The notes beneath the pieces were generated by a model, which did no database searches, was not told the DNA's origin, and saw only the letters and a program-made list of their open reading frames with translations. Below are positions 9,383-17,950 of a stretch of DNA of 39,803 nucleotides, piece by piece. Each line of letters starts with the position of its first letter. Position 1 is the stretch's first letter. The stretch covers positions 1 to 39,803 of the forward strand of contig JAYZFK010000045.1 in assembly GCA_036336835.1 (NCBI GenBank), written 5' to 3'. The DNA comes from Myxococcota bacterium. GTDB taxonomy: Bacteria > Myxococcota_A > UBA9160 > UBA4427. A program made the translations under genes and the position numbers.

Positions 9383-10533
9383 CCGGAAGCCCCGACCAAC
9401 GCCGAACGGGCGCCGCAGTCCGGCAGGTAGCGCTCGACGCGCATCCGCTCGAGCAGCTCGATCACGTTGTCTTCGCTGTCGAGGCAGTGATCGAAGCCGT
9501 GCTGGCGCGCCTTGATCGTGCTGACGAGGCCGGGCCGCTCGGCCGCATGGGGATTCGCCCAGAGGACGTCGGCGTACTGCCACGACAGCCCGATCAGCTG
9601 GTCGAGATCTGTGATGCGCAGACCTTCGCGCTCGGCGATGCGACGCCACAGCCCTGCCTGCGCCGGCATCGTTTCGGCCAGGCGCGCGGGGGCGGTGCTC
9701 TCGTCGAGCGGCACGCCGAGCCACGCGGCCACCGCTCGAAACAGCTCGCGCCAGCAGACGACGTCGCCGTTGGTCAGGTTGTAGACCTCCCCGTCGCACT
9801 CCGCGCGCCCGGCGGCCCAGTCGGCCGCTCGCGCCACCAGTGCTGCATCCGAGAGCTCTGTGATCGCGTGCGGGTGTCCGGGGTGGGCGAACGGCAGGCC
9901 GCGCTCGCGCTGGATTGCGGCGTACACGCCGATCGTCGCGACCACGTTCATCGCGCTACCGACGGCGAGACCGGTCACGATCTGCGGGCGCAGGATCGTG
10001 AAGCGCCAATCGCGCCCGCGGTGTCGCTCTCGCAGCCAATCCTCCTGCGCGAAGTAGAAGTTGGTGTGCTCGACCCGGGGCTCGCGTTCCTTGGCGGGCA
10101 CGCGCATCGGCCCGCCCAGGTGTGCGCCGTACGCCTTGGTGCCCTGGAGCAGAGTGACGTGCTCGAGCGCGGGCGACTCGATGGTGTCGAGCAGATTGCA
10201 CAGCATCGCGAGGTTCGTGGCCGTGTGGTCGGGATCGAACCAGCCCTCGACCAGGCGCGGCTTTTCGTGCAGCGCGGCGTAGAAGAGATGGCTGGCATCT
10301 GCGTGGGGCTCGAGCGAGGTGCGGCAGGCCTGGGCATCGCGCAGGTCGACGGCAACGAACTCGGCGGAGCTGCCGAAGTCGGGCTTGCGGCGCGACAGCC
10401 CGATCACGCTGTCGCCGGCTGCAGCGAAATGTTCGACGGCGGCGCGTCCGACGACCCCGAGCGCTCCGGCCACGACGACCTTTCGCCTGCCGGGCTGCTT
10501 GCCGCTGACTTCGCTCCCGGGCCGGGCCGCCAT
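9379..10533 (-). CDS. Extended SDR / NAD(P)-dependent oxidoreductase, PRISE (progesterone 5-beta-reductase/iridoid synthase)-like
   Basis: 'VVVAGALGVVG', 'GLSRR', 'QGTKAYG', 'NFYFAQED', 'STIKARQHGF' match PRISE-like motifs. Start taken at ATG 10533. Confidence 0.8.
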   Translation of the reverse strand: MAARPGSEVSGKQPGRRKVVVAGALGVVGRAAVEHFAAAGDSVIGLSRRKPDFGSSAEFVAVDLRDAQACRTSLEPHADASHLFYAALHEKPRLVEGWFDPDHTATNLAMLCNLLDTIESPALEHVTLLQGTKAYGAHLGGPMRVPAKEREPRVEHTNFYFAQEDWLRERHRGRDWRFTILRPQIVTGLAVGSAMNVVATIGVYAAIQRERGLPFAHPGHPHAITELSDAALVARAADWAAGRAECDGEVYNLTNGDVVCWRELFRAVAAWLGVPLDESTAPARLAETMPAQAGLWRRIAEREGLRITDLDQLIGLSWQYADVLWANPHAAERPGLVSTIKARQHGFDHCLDSEDNVIELLERMRVERYLPDCGARSALVGASG

Positions 10534-10888
10534 CTGATTGCCGTCCCCTCGCTGCACTAGACGAAGAATGCCGGATTGCCGCCCGGATGACCGCCGATGC
10601 CCCGCGTCTGGCGAGTGTCGCCGAGTCGGCCGCGAGCCTCGCGGTGCGCGATCCCAACCTGTAGCGCAGCCGCCGGAATCGTTCGTCCGGCTCCGCGAGC
10701 TCGGGCAGCCCGGCCCGGGTCGCGCGGGGCCGCGGCCGGCTGGCTCCGGCGCGCATTGGAATCGACCGGGTGTTGTTCGGTATCAACTGCCAGATGAGCG
10801 ACCGTGCCCTCTGCCTGGCCGGGATCCGAGTGCTGCTGATCGACGCCCGCGAGCGCGGGCTCGAACGGCTGCCTCGCCGGGGCCGATC

Positions 10889-11899
10889 GTGAGTGTGGAC
10901 GCGACGTTGCCGCCGCTTCACCCGCGGCGCGGCATCCACGATCCAACCTCATCGAGCCCCGTGCGCGCGCCGAACTCGCTGCGGCGCACCAGCACGATCG
11001 ACATGCTGTGGCCCGACGGTCTCGGCCGTGAGCTGACGCTGCGCGGGCGAGCGCGCGACCTGCGCAGCGACTCCGAAGGCTGCCCGAGTGTGCTGGACGA
11101 GGCTGAGCTGACGGCGCAGATCGACTACGCCGGGGGTCGCGAGCTGCGCGCGATCCGGACGACGCCCGACGAGCCGGGGGCGGCCGGGCTGCTCGGTGTG
11201 CGCGCCTCGACGGGCTTCCGCGCCGCTCTCGACGAACGGCTGCCCCACCAGCGCGACGCGCGTTCACTGCTGTACCTGATGCTCGACGACGTGCCCGTGG
11301 CGACGCTGGTCTCGGGCTACGCGATGGGCGCGGCGGTCGCCACGCACCCGCCGGTGCGGCTCTCGCTCATGCTGCAGCACCCCGATCTGTGCGCCGGCTG
11401 GCGCACGGGAGGCACGATCATCAACGAGATCGAAGATCGCGGTCGGGTCCCGGTGGTCACCGGGCCGCTCGCGCCAGCGTTGCGGCGCGAGGACGACCCG
11501 TTCGCCTGGCACCGCCTCGACGTACTGCCCACGCACGCGATGCGGCGTCACCGACGTCTCGACCTGGTTGTCGAGGGCGATGTGATCGCGGCCGACGTGC
11601 TGTTTCGCGACAGTCACATGGCAGCCGATGGTCGCGAGACCATCGTCCACGAGTACACCGTGAAGGGGCGCATCGATCGCGAGCGGCTCGAGATCGTCGC
11701 GCTCGAGGCCGAGCCCCGGGTTCTGCCGTGGGTCGAATGCCCGCTGGCCGCGGCGAGCGCTCGCGACCTCTGCGGGCAGCCGCTCCAGGGGCTGCGAGCC
11801 CACGTTCGCGCGGAGCTCACCGGCCGCGAGACGTGTACGCATCTGAACGATACGCTGCGCTCCTTGGAGGACGTGATCGTGCTGACGGAGAGGCTCTGA
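10889..11899 (+). CDS. DUF2889 domain protein
   Basis: 'LRRTSTIDM', 'MRRHRRLD', 'FRDSH', 'VHEYTV', 'LPWVECP', 'CTHLNDTLRSL' recalled as DUF2889-like. Start estimated (GTG 10889 or 10895). Confidence 0.7.
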   Translation: MSVDATLPPLHPRRGIHDPTSSSPVRAPNSLRRTSTIDMLWPDGLGRELTLRGRARDLRSDSEGCPSVLDEAELTAQIDYAGGRELRAIRTTPDEPGAAGLLGVRASTGFRAALDERLPHQRDARSLLYLMLDDVPVATLVSGYAMGAAVATHPPVRLSLMLQHPDLCAGWRTGGTIINEIEDRGRVPVVTGPLAPALRREDDPFAWHRLDVLPTHAMRRHRRLDLVVEGDVIAADVLFRDSHMAADGRETIVHEYTVKGRIDRERLEIVALEAEPRVLPWVECPLAAASARDLCGQPLQGLRAHVRAELTGRETCTHLNDTLRSLEDVIVLTERL

Positions 11900-11954
11900 T
11901 GCCGGGCGCCGAGCCGTGGGCGCCGACGGGACACCCGGTAGGCAGTCGACCCGC

Positions 11955-13184
11955 ATGACGGCGTCGTCTCGCGGTCTGGAAACGCTCGAAGTCATCGATC
12001 CCGATCACTACGCGGCACACGGCTATCCCCACGAGGCTTGGACGCAGCTGCGTTGCCAGCCGCGGCTTACCTGGTTCGAGCAGGGCGACGTTCCCTTCTG
12101 GGCGGTCACGCGTCACGCCGACATCGTCGCGATCTCGCGCCAGCCCGCACGCTTTGCCAACGGACCGCGCTTCCAGCTGTCGCCGGGAGACGGCGAGCCC
12201 GAGGCCTTCACCATCATCTCGATGGATCCCCCACAGCACGCGATCTATCGCCAGCTGCTGAGTCGGCGCTTCACCCCCCGGGCGCTGCGCGCCATCGCGG
12301 GCGATCTCGAACGCATCGCCGTCGAGATCGTCGACTCTCTCGGCGAAGGGGACGGGTCGGGCGAATGCGACGTCGTCGAGCAGGTGGCAGCTCCGCTGCC
12401 CATCGCGGTGATCGCCTGGCTGCTGGGCCTGCCGCCGGGCGACTGGAAGCTGCTGTTCCGCTGGACCAACGAGGTGGTGGGCGCGAGCGATCCCGAATAC
12501 CGACGTGCGGGCGAGGATGGCGCGCAGACGCGCAGGCGGGCGACCGAGGAGCTCTTCGCCTACTTCAGCGAACTCGTCGACGAGCGTCGCAAGGCCCCGC
12601 GCGACGACCTGGTGAGCGCTCTCGTGGAGGCCCGCATCGAGGGCGAGCCGCTCGGGAGCCACGAGCTGCTCGCCTACGCGCTGATCCTGGTGGCCGCCGG
12701 AAACGAGACCACCCGCAATGCCACGAGCGGTGGGCTGCTCGCATTTGCCGAGCACCCCGGCGAGTGGCAGCGGCTGCGGCGCGAGCCCGCGCGGGTGCCG
12801 TCCGCGGTCGAAGAGGTGCTTCGCTGGACCAGCCCGATCATCCAGATGGCGCGCACTGCCACCGAGGACGTCGAACTCGGCGGCCGCAAGATCTGCGCCG
12901 GCGAGACGCTCGCCCTCTTCTACCCCTCCGCCAACCGCGACGCGGCGGTCTTCGACGATCCGTTCGCGTTCCGCATCGACCGCCGTCCCAACGCCCATCT
13001 GGCGTTCGGCGTGGGAGAGCACTTCTGCATGGGTGCCCACCTCGCGCGCCTCGAGCTGCAGGCTGCCTTCCGTCAGCTGGCGCGGCGCATCCGCCACTTC
13101 GAGCTGGCGGGGCCCGCGATCCGGCTGCGCTCGAGCGCCGTCGGCGGCGTCAAGCATCTGCCGATTCGCTATCAGCTCGCTTAG
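11955..13184 (+). CDS. Cytochrome P450
   Basis: 'MDPPQH', I-helix 'ILVAAGNETTRN', 'EEVLRW', 'AFGVGEHFCMG'. Start ATG 11955. Confidence 0.95.
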   Translation: MTASSRGLETLEVIDPDHYAAHGYPHEAWTQLRCQPRLTWFEQGDVPFWAVTRHADIVAISRQPARFANGPRFQLSPGDGEPEAFTIISMDPPQHAIYRQLLSRRFTPRALRAIAGDLERIAVEIVDSLGEGDGSGECDVVEQVAAPLPIAVIAWLLGLPPGDWKLLFRWTNEVVGASDPEYRRAGEDGAQTRRRATEELFAYFSELVDERRKAPRDDLVSALVEARIEGEPLGSHELLAYALILVAAGNETTRNATSGGLLAFAEHPGEWQRLRREPARVPSAVEEVLRWTSPIIQMARTATEDVELGGRKICAGETLALFYPSANRDAAVFDDPFAFRIDRRPNAHLAFGVGEHFCMGAHLARLELQAAFRQLARRIRHFELAGPAIRLRSSAVGGVKHLPIRYQLA

Positions 13185-13282
13185 GCGCGTTCGAGCGCGA
13201 GCCCCTGCGGGCGAATGCAGGTTCCCGCCGGACGGCGGTGGGAGTACGATGGGCCAGACCGCCAGCCACGAGAGAGCCACGC

Positions 13283-14353
13283 ATGAGCGAGCCGCGCGTC
13301 ATCGATGCCGACGGACACGTGTTCGAGCCCGAGTCCGTCTGGGAGGAGCATCTCGATCCGAAGTATCGCGACCGGCGTCCGCGCATCGTGCTCGACAACC
13401 GCGGCACCACCCGGTACATGCTCGAGGGCCGCTTGATTCCACCCGGCGAGGGGCGTGGCGCCTGGGCTCCCGAGGGCATCCGCGAAGCCACCACACATCG
13501 CGACGGCGGCTTCGACCCGAAGCTGCGCCTCGCCGACATGGATGAGGAGGGCATCGACGTCGCGGTGCTGTACGGCTCGTTCGGGCTGGCGCTGTGGCAG
13601 GCGCAGGATCCGGGCTTCGCGATCGCGCTGTGCCGCGCCTACAACGACTGGCTGGCCGAGTACTGCGCTACCGATCCGGCGCGCCTCAAGGGCATCCCCG
13701 CGCTGCCCCTGCTGAGCATGGGGGAGGCGGTCCGAGAAGCCGAGCGCGCGGTGGGCGAGCTCGGCATGGTGGCGCTGACGCTGCTGTCCAATACCGCGGG
13801 CCGCGGCGCCGACGACCCCTTCCTCGATCCCATCTACGACCTTGCCCAGGAGCTCGACGTGCCGGTCACCTTCCACGCGGGCGGTGGGCGCTTCGTGGAG
13901 GACCGCTTCGACAACTACGCGATGTCCCATACCTGCGCGTTTCCCTTCGACATCATGTACGGCATCACGTGTGTGCTGTGCGGCGGGGTGCTCGAGCGCT
14001 TTCCCAGGCTGCGCGTGAGCTTCCTCGAGGCGGGCTGCGGCTTCTTCCCCTATTACCTGGAGCGCCTCGACGAGCACTTCGAGAAGCGCGTGGGCGAGAT
14101 GCCGATCCCACGCCGCCCGAGCGAGTACGTCGAGCAGGGTCGCGTGCTGGTTTCCTGTGAGCCGGACGAACAGGCCATCGCGTACGTGTGCGAGACGCTG
14201 GGCTCGGACAAGATCCTCTACGCCTCGGACTACCCGCACTGGGACGCCGACTTTCCCCACACGGTGACGGCGATCAGCGGGCGCGAGGATCTGACCGCCG
14301 AAGCGAAGCGCGACATCCTGGGCGCCAACGCGGCGCGCTTCCTGAAGCTCTGA
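13283..14353 (+). CDS. Amidohydrolase_2 family protein
   Basis: 'VIDADGHVFEP', 'RLADMDEEGIDVAVLY', 'AYNDWLAEYC', 'YASDYPHWD'. Start ATG 13283. Confidence 0.9.
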   Translation: MSEPRVIDADGHVFEPESVWEEHLDPKYRDRRPRIVLDNRGTTRYMLEGRLIPPGEGRGAWAPEGIREATTHRDGGFDPKLRLADMDEEGIDVAVLYGSFGLALWQAQDPGFAIALCRAYNDWLAEYCATDPARLKGIPALPLLSMGEAVREAERAVGELGMVALTLLSNTAGRGADDPFLDPIYDLAQELDVPVTFHAGGGRFVEDRFDNYAMSHTCAFPFDIMYGITCVLCGGVLERFPRLRVSFLEAGCGFFPYYLERLDEHFEKRVGEMPIPRRPSEYVEQGRVLVSCEPDEQAIAYVCETLGSDKILYASDYPHWDADFPHTVTAISGREDLTAEAKRDILGANAARFLKL

Positions 14354-14387
14354 AGGCCGACCGTGGCGACGCCGGAGGGGAGGGGAC

Positions 14388-14747
14388 GTGCCTGCTGAGC
14401 CGATCTATGTCCTGGACGAGCTCGAGCTGCGTCCGGGAATGCTCGCGCCGTTTCGGGAGGCGCTCGAGGCGCAGTACCTGCCGGGCGCGCAAGAGCGCGG
14501 AATGCGTCTGCTCCACGTCCTGGTCACTCCGCCAGTCGAGCTCGCGACGGGCGGTACCTCGGTGGTGCTCGTCTGGCAGCTCGCCGGCGTGTCCGGCTTC
14601 TGGGCACTGCGCAGCCAGAACGGCGGTCCCGAAATCGCCGAGTGGTGGCGCGACTGCGAGCAGTTTGTCTTGTCGCGCTCACGCCGTTTTGCGGTGGAGG
14701 CCGATGCGATGCCGCGGCTGGAAGCCGACGCGCGGGCGAACGCATGA
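14388..14747 (+). CDS. NIPSNAP-like dimeric alpha/beta-barrel protein
   Basis: 'IYVLDELELRPG...YLPGAQERGMRL'; GGAGGGAGG upstream; overlaps the next gene (ATGA). Confidence 0.55.
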   Translation: MPAEPIYVLDELELRPGMLAPFREALEAQYLPGAQERGMRLLHVLVTPPVELATGGTSVVLVWQLAGVSGFWALRSQNGGPEIAEWWRDCEQFVLSRSRRFAVEADAMPRLEADARANA

Positions 14748-15469
14748 GTGTTCGCCTGGTCGCCCTGGTTTCGCTGGTCAAGGGTCTGGAGGACCCAGGG
14801 GCCGAAGCACTCGCCCTCGGGCTCTCGCGCTGCGCGGACTCGGTCGACGAGATCGAGCGCTCGCACGCCGGCTTGCACATTCCGGGCTCGTTCGGTGGCG
14901 ACCTCACCTGGGATCTGTCGTTCGAGAGTGATGCAAGCCTTGCCGCCTTTCGCTCGCGCGGTGAGTCGAGCCCTGCTGCGGGTCTGATCGCGGCGCTGGG
15001 TCCGAGCTTTGCGGATCTGATCCCCTCGGTCGCCAGGGTCGACGCCGTCGTCGTCGAGCCGATCGACGAACACGTGGGACGCCGCGGTCTGGTCGGCGTC
15101 AAGCGGACGCTGCTGTTTCGCGTCCGCGCCGATACACCGCAGGCGGCGCTCGAGCGCTTCGAGCGGGACATGCTCGCCATGCCGTTCTTCGTGCCGGCGA
15201 TTCGTAACTGGTGCTTCGGCCGGCCGCGCGGCGCAGGATCGAGCCGCTGGACACACATCTGGGAGCAGGAGTTCGAGAGCCCCGACGGGCTCCTGAACGA
15301 CTACATGGCGAGTCCGTATCACTGGGGTCACATCGATGCCTGGTACGACCCCGAGTGTCCGCAGTCGATCGTGGACCCCGCGGTCGCGCACGTGTACTGC
15401 CCGGAGAGCGAGGGCGTCCTGTCGTGGTCGAGCTCGGTGGCTCTAGGTGGATGCGCCAGCAGCGACTAA
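14744..15469 (+). CDS. Dabb (stress-responsive A/B barrel) family protein
   Basis: C-terminal half 'RTLLFRVRADTP...FERDMLAMP...IRNW...WTHIWEQEF...YMASPYHW' fits a Dabb domain. Start ATG 14744. Confidence 0.7.
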   Translation: MSVRLVALVSLVKGLEDPGAEALALGLSRCADSVDEIERSHAGLHIPGSFGGDLTWDLSFESDASLAAFRSRGESSPAAGLIAALGPSFADLIPSVARVDAVVVEPIDEHVGRRGLVGVKRTLLFRVRADTPQAALERFERDMLAMPFFVPAIRNWCFGRPRGAGSSRWTHIWEQEFESPDGLLNDYMASPYHWGHIDAWYDPECPQSIVDPAVAHVYCPESEGVLSWSSSVALGGCASSD

Positions 15470-16140
15470 CGGCGCTTGACTTCGACCGCGTCGCCGTCTT
15501 GCACGATCACGGCATCCGCCATTCCGACGAACAGGCCCGTGCCGAGCACGCCCGGGATCGCCAGGATCTCGGCCTCGAGACCCGCCGGGTCGGCAATGCC
15601 GGACACCTTGCAATCGAGGATGGGGTTGCCGTTGTCGGTGCGGAAGACGCGCCTGTCGTCGCCGGTTCGCACCACGGCCTCGCAGCCGAGCACCGCGAGT
15701 CGTCGTGTGCAGAGGGCCCGGCCGAAGTCGAGCACCTCGACGGGAAGCTTGCCGCGCTCGCCGAGCGTGCCGACCAGCTTTTCGGCGCCGACCAGGATCA
15801 CGAGCTGCTGTGACGAAGCCGCGACGATCTTCTCGCGCACCAGCGCGCCGCCGTAGCCCTTGATCACGTCGAGTGCCGGGTCGACCTCGTCCGCGCCGTC
15901 GAACGTCGTGTCGAGTCGCTTCGCCTCGGCGAGGGTCAGCAGAGGAATGCCGACCTCGCGGGCCAGCGCGGCCGTCGCCTCGGAGGTGGGCACGCCGCGC
16001 ACCGACAGGCCCTGCTGGACGCGTTCACCGAGCGCGCGCACGAAGGCGGCGGCCGCTCGGCCCGTGCCGAGACCGAGGGTCTGTCCATCTTTTACGAACT
16101 CGAGCGCGGCCTGCGCGCTGCCTTCGGGTCCTTCGCTCAT
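15466..16140 (-). CDS. rpiA: Ribose-5-phosphate isomerase A
   Basis: 'LGLGTG', 'DGADEVD', 'IKGYGGALVREKIVA', 'LPVEV', 'TDNGNPILD'. Confidence 0.95.
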   Translation of the reverse strand: MSEGPEGSAQAALEFVKDGQTLGLGTGRAAAAFVRALGERVQQGLSVRGVPTSEATAALAREVGIPLLTLAEAKRLDTTFDGADEVDPALDVIKGYGGALVREKIVAASSQQLVILVGAEKLVGTLGERGKLPVEVLDFGRALCTRRLAVLGCEAVVRTGDDRRVFRTDNGNPILDCKVSGIADPAGLEAEILAIPGVLGTGLFVGMADAVIVQDGDAVEVKRR

Positions 16141-16154
16141 CGTGACTCCTCTGA

Positions 16155-17882
16155 CTACGGGGTGGGCGGGAAGGAATTTTGTTCAGGTCGACCGAGGGCG
16201 TGCTCGATCCGTTTGGCCAGCTCCTCGAGGGCGCTCGTCACGTCGCTCGCCAGGTGGATCCGCAACGCCCGGCGCCCACGTTCGCACAACACGGCGAAGT
16301 CGCCGAGCGACTGTGCCTGCTTCAGTACACCAAAGGAGTAGCCCTGTCCCGGGATCGCGAGAGGGCTCGCGTCGTCGGAGGTGAGCTGGAGGAAGACGCC
16401 CGTGTTGGGCCCGCCCTTGTGGAGCTGGCCCGTCGAGTGGAGGAATCGCGGCCCGTAGCCGAGCGTGGTCGGGACGCCGAGCTTTCGGGCGAGTGTCTGA
16501 CGCATGCGTCCGAGGAGCGCAGCATTGGCGTCGTTGCGCTCGAGATAGGCGTTGATCGCGACGTAGTCGCCGGGACCCGTGCGCGCGAAGTGGCGCGCGA
16601 TCGCAGCCTCGAGATCGGGCGGGTCGCCCAGGGCTTCATCTGCGAAGGCGGTGAAGCCCGCTTCGACCCGCAGCGGAGCAGTGTCGGGCAGCGACCCGTC
16701 GCGCTGGTAGGCGGTCATCAGGGAGCGCGCGGCGACCTTGGCGGCCTCGACGTCCGGTTGGTCGAACGGGTTCAGCTCGAGCTCGGCGCCGGCCACGGCC
16801 GTGGCGACCTCCCAGCGAAACAGCTCGGCTGCGAGATCGAGCGGCTGGTCCACGTCGATGCGCACCAGGGGGACCTCCGCGGCTTCGAGCGCCGCGATCG
16901 CGGCGTCCTGCGCGGCGTCGGGCGCGCTCGCCAGGCGTGTATACACGAACAGGCAGTCGTCGCCGGCCTCGTCGGGTGTCGGCAGCGTGCCGCCGTCGAT
17001 TGGCACGATGCCGCGGCCGTGCTTGCCCGTCGATTCCGCCACCAGCTGCTCGAGCCAGCCGCCGAGCGCCGACAACCCGGGCGAGATCGCGAGCACCAGC
17101 TTGTCGCGGCCCGCGGCCGCGAGCGCACCAATTGCGAGGCCGAGCAGTGCCCCGGGGTTGTCGCGCGTCGGGACGCCCGGACCACAAGCCCGTGCCATCT
17201 CGCGCGCCCGGCCGAGCCAGTCTCCGAGGTCCAACCCCTGGAGCGCAGCCGGCAGCAGCCCGAACGCCGACAGTGCCGAAAAGCGGCCGCCCACACTCGC
17301 AACACCCGGCACACTGGCGCGAAAGCGGCACTCGCGCGCGACCGTCTCGAGGCGACTACCGGGATCGGTGATGGCGATGAAGCGTGCGCCCGCCTCCCGT
17401 TCGCCGAAGCATTCGACTGCGCGCGCGTAGAAGTAGGCGAAGAGGCTGTTCGGCTCGATGGTGCTGCCCGACTTCGATGACACCACGAACCAGGCGCGCG
17501 GGAGGTCGAGCGCGGCTTCGAGCGCTGCGATCTGTGCGGGCACGGTCGAGTCGAGTACCAGCGTGCGCGGGTAGCCGGGCGCCGGCTCGAAGCTGTGAGC
17601 CAGCACGTCCGGGCACAGGCTCGAGCCGCCCATCCCCACGACGACGACCTGACGGATTCCCTCGTCGCGCGCACTGCGGGCCAGGGAGTGCAGCGGCTCG
17701 AGCTCGCTCGCGGGAGCTTCCGGCAGATCGAGCCAGCCTAGCCAGCTCGCCTCGTCTGCATCGGTCCAGAGGGAGGCGTCGCGCTCCCACAGCCGGCGTA
17801 CGCCGTCCTTGCTCTCGAAGCGTGCGATCGCGGCCTCGAACACATTCCGCGCAACGCCGAGCTCGAGCCTCTGTGTCGCCAA
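16155..17882 (-). CDS. pgi: Glucose-6-phosphate isomerase (type usually found as the C-terminal domain of Tal-Pgi fusions)
   Basis: 'RLWERDASLW', 'GMGGSSL', 'SSKSGSTIE', 'ITDPGS', 'VGGRFSALS', 'EQLVAESTGK', 'NPFDQPDVEAAK', 'GPRFLHSTGQLHKGG'. Start estimated at TTG 17882. Confidence 0.85.
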   Translation of the reverse strand: MATQRLELGVARNVFEAAIARFESKDGVRRLWERDASLWTDADEASWLGWLDLPEAPASELEPLHSLARSARDEGIRQVVVVGMGGSSLCPDVLAHSFEPAPGYPRTLVLDSTVPAQIAALEAALDLPRAWFVVSSKSGSTIEPNSLFAYFYARAVECFGEREAGARFIAITDPGSRLETVARECRFRASVPGVASVGGRFSALSAFGLLPAALQGLDLGDWLGRAREMARACGPGVPTRDNPGALLGLAIGALAAAGRDKLVLAISPGLSALGGWLEQLVAESTGKHGRGIVPIDGGTLPTPDEAGDDCLFVYTRLASAPDAAQDAAIAALEAAEVPLVRIDVDQPLDLAAELFRWEVATAVAGAELELNPFDQPDVEAAKVAARSLMTAYQRDGSLPDTAPLRVEAGFTAFADEALGDPPDLEAAIARHFARTGPGDYVAINAYLERNDANAALLGRMRQTLARKLGVPTTLGYGPRFLHSTGQLHKGGPNTGVFLQLTSDDASPLAIPGQGYSFGVLKQAQSLGDFAVLCERGRRALRIHLASDVTSALEELAKRIEHALGRPEQNSFPPTP

Positions 17883-17950
17883 TCCATCCCCCCGTCGCCC
17901 TCGCCGTAGCCCGGTCGTCGCGCAGGATAGCGGTGCGGCCGGTCGCGGGC

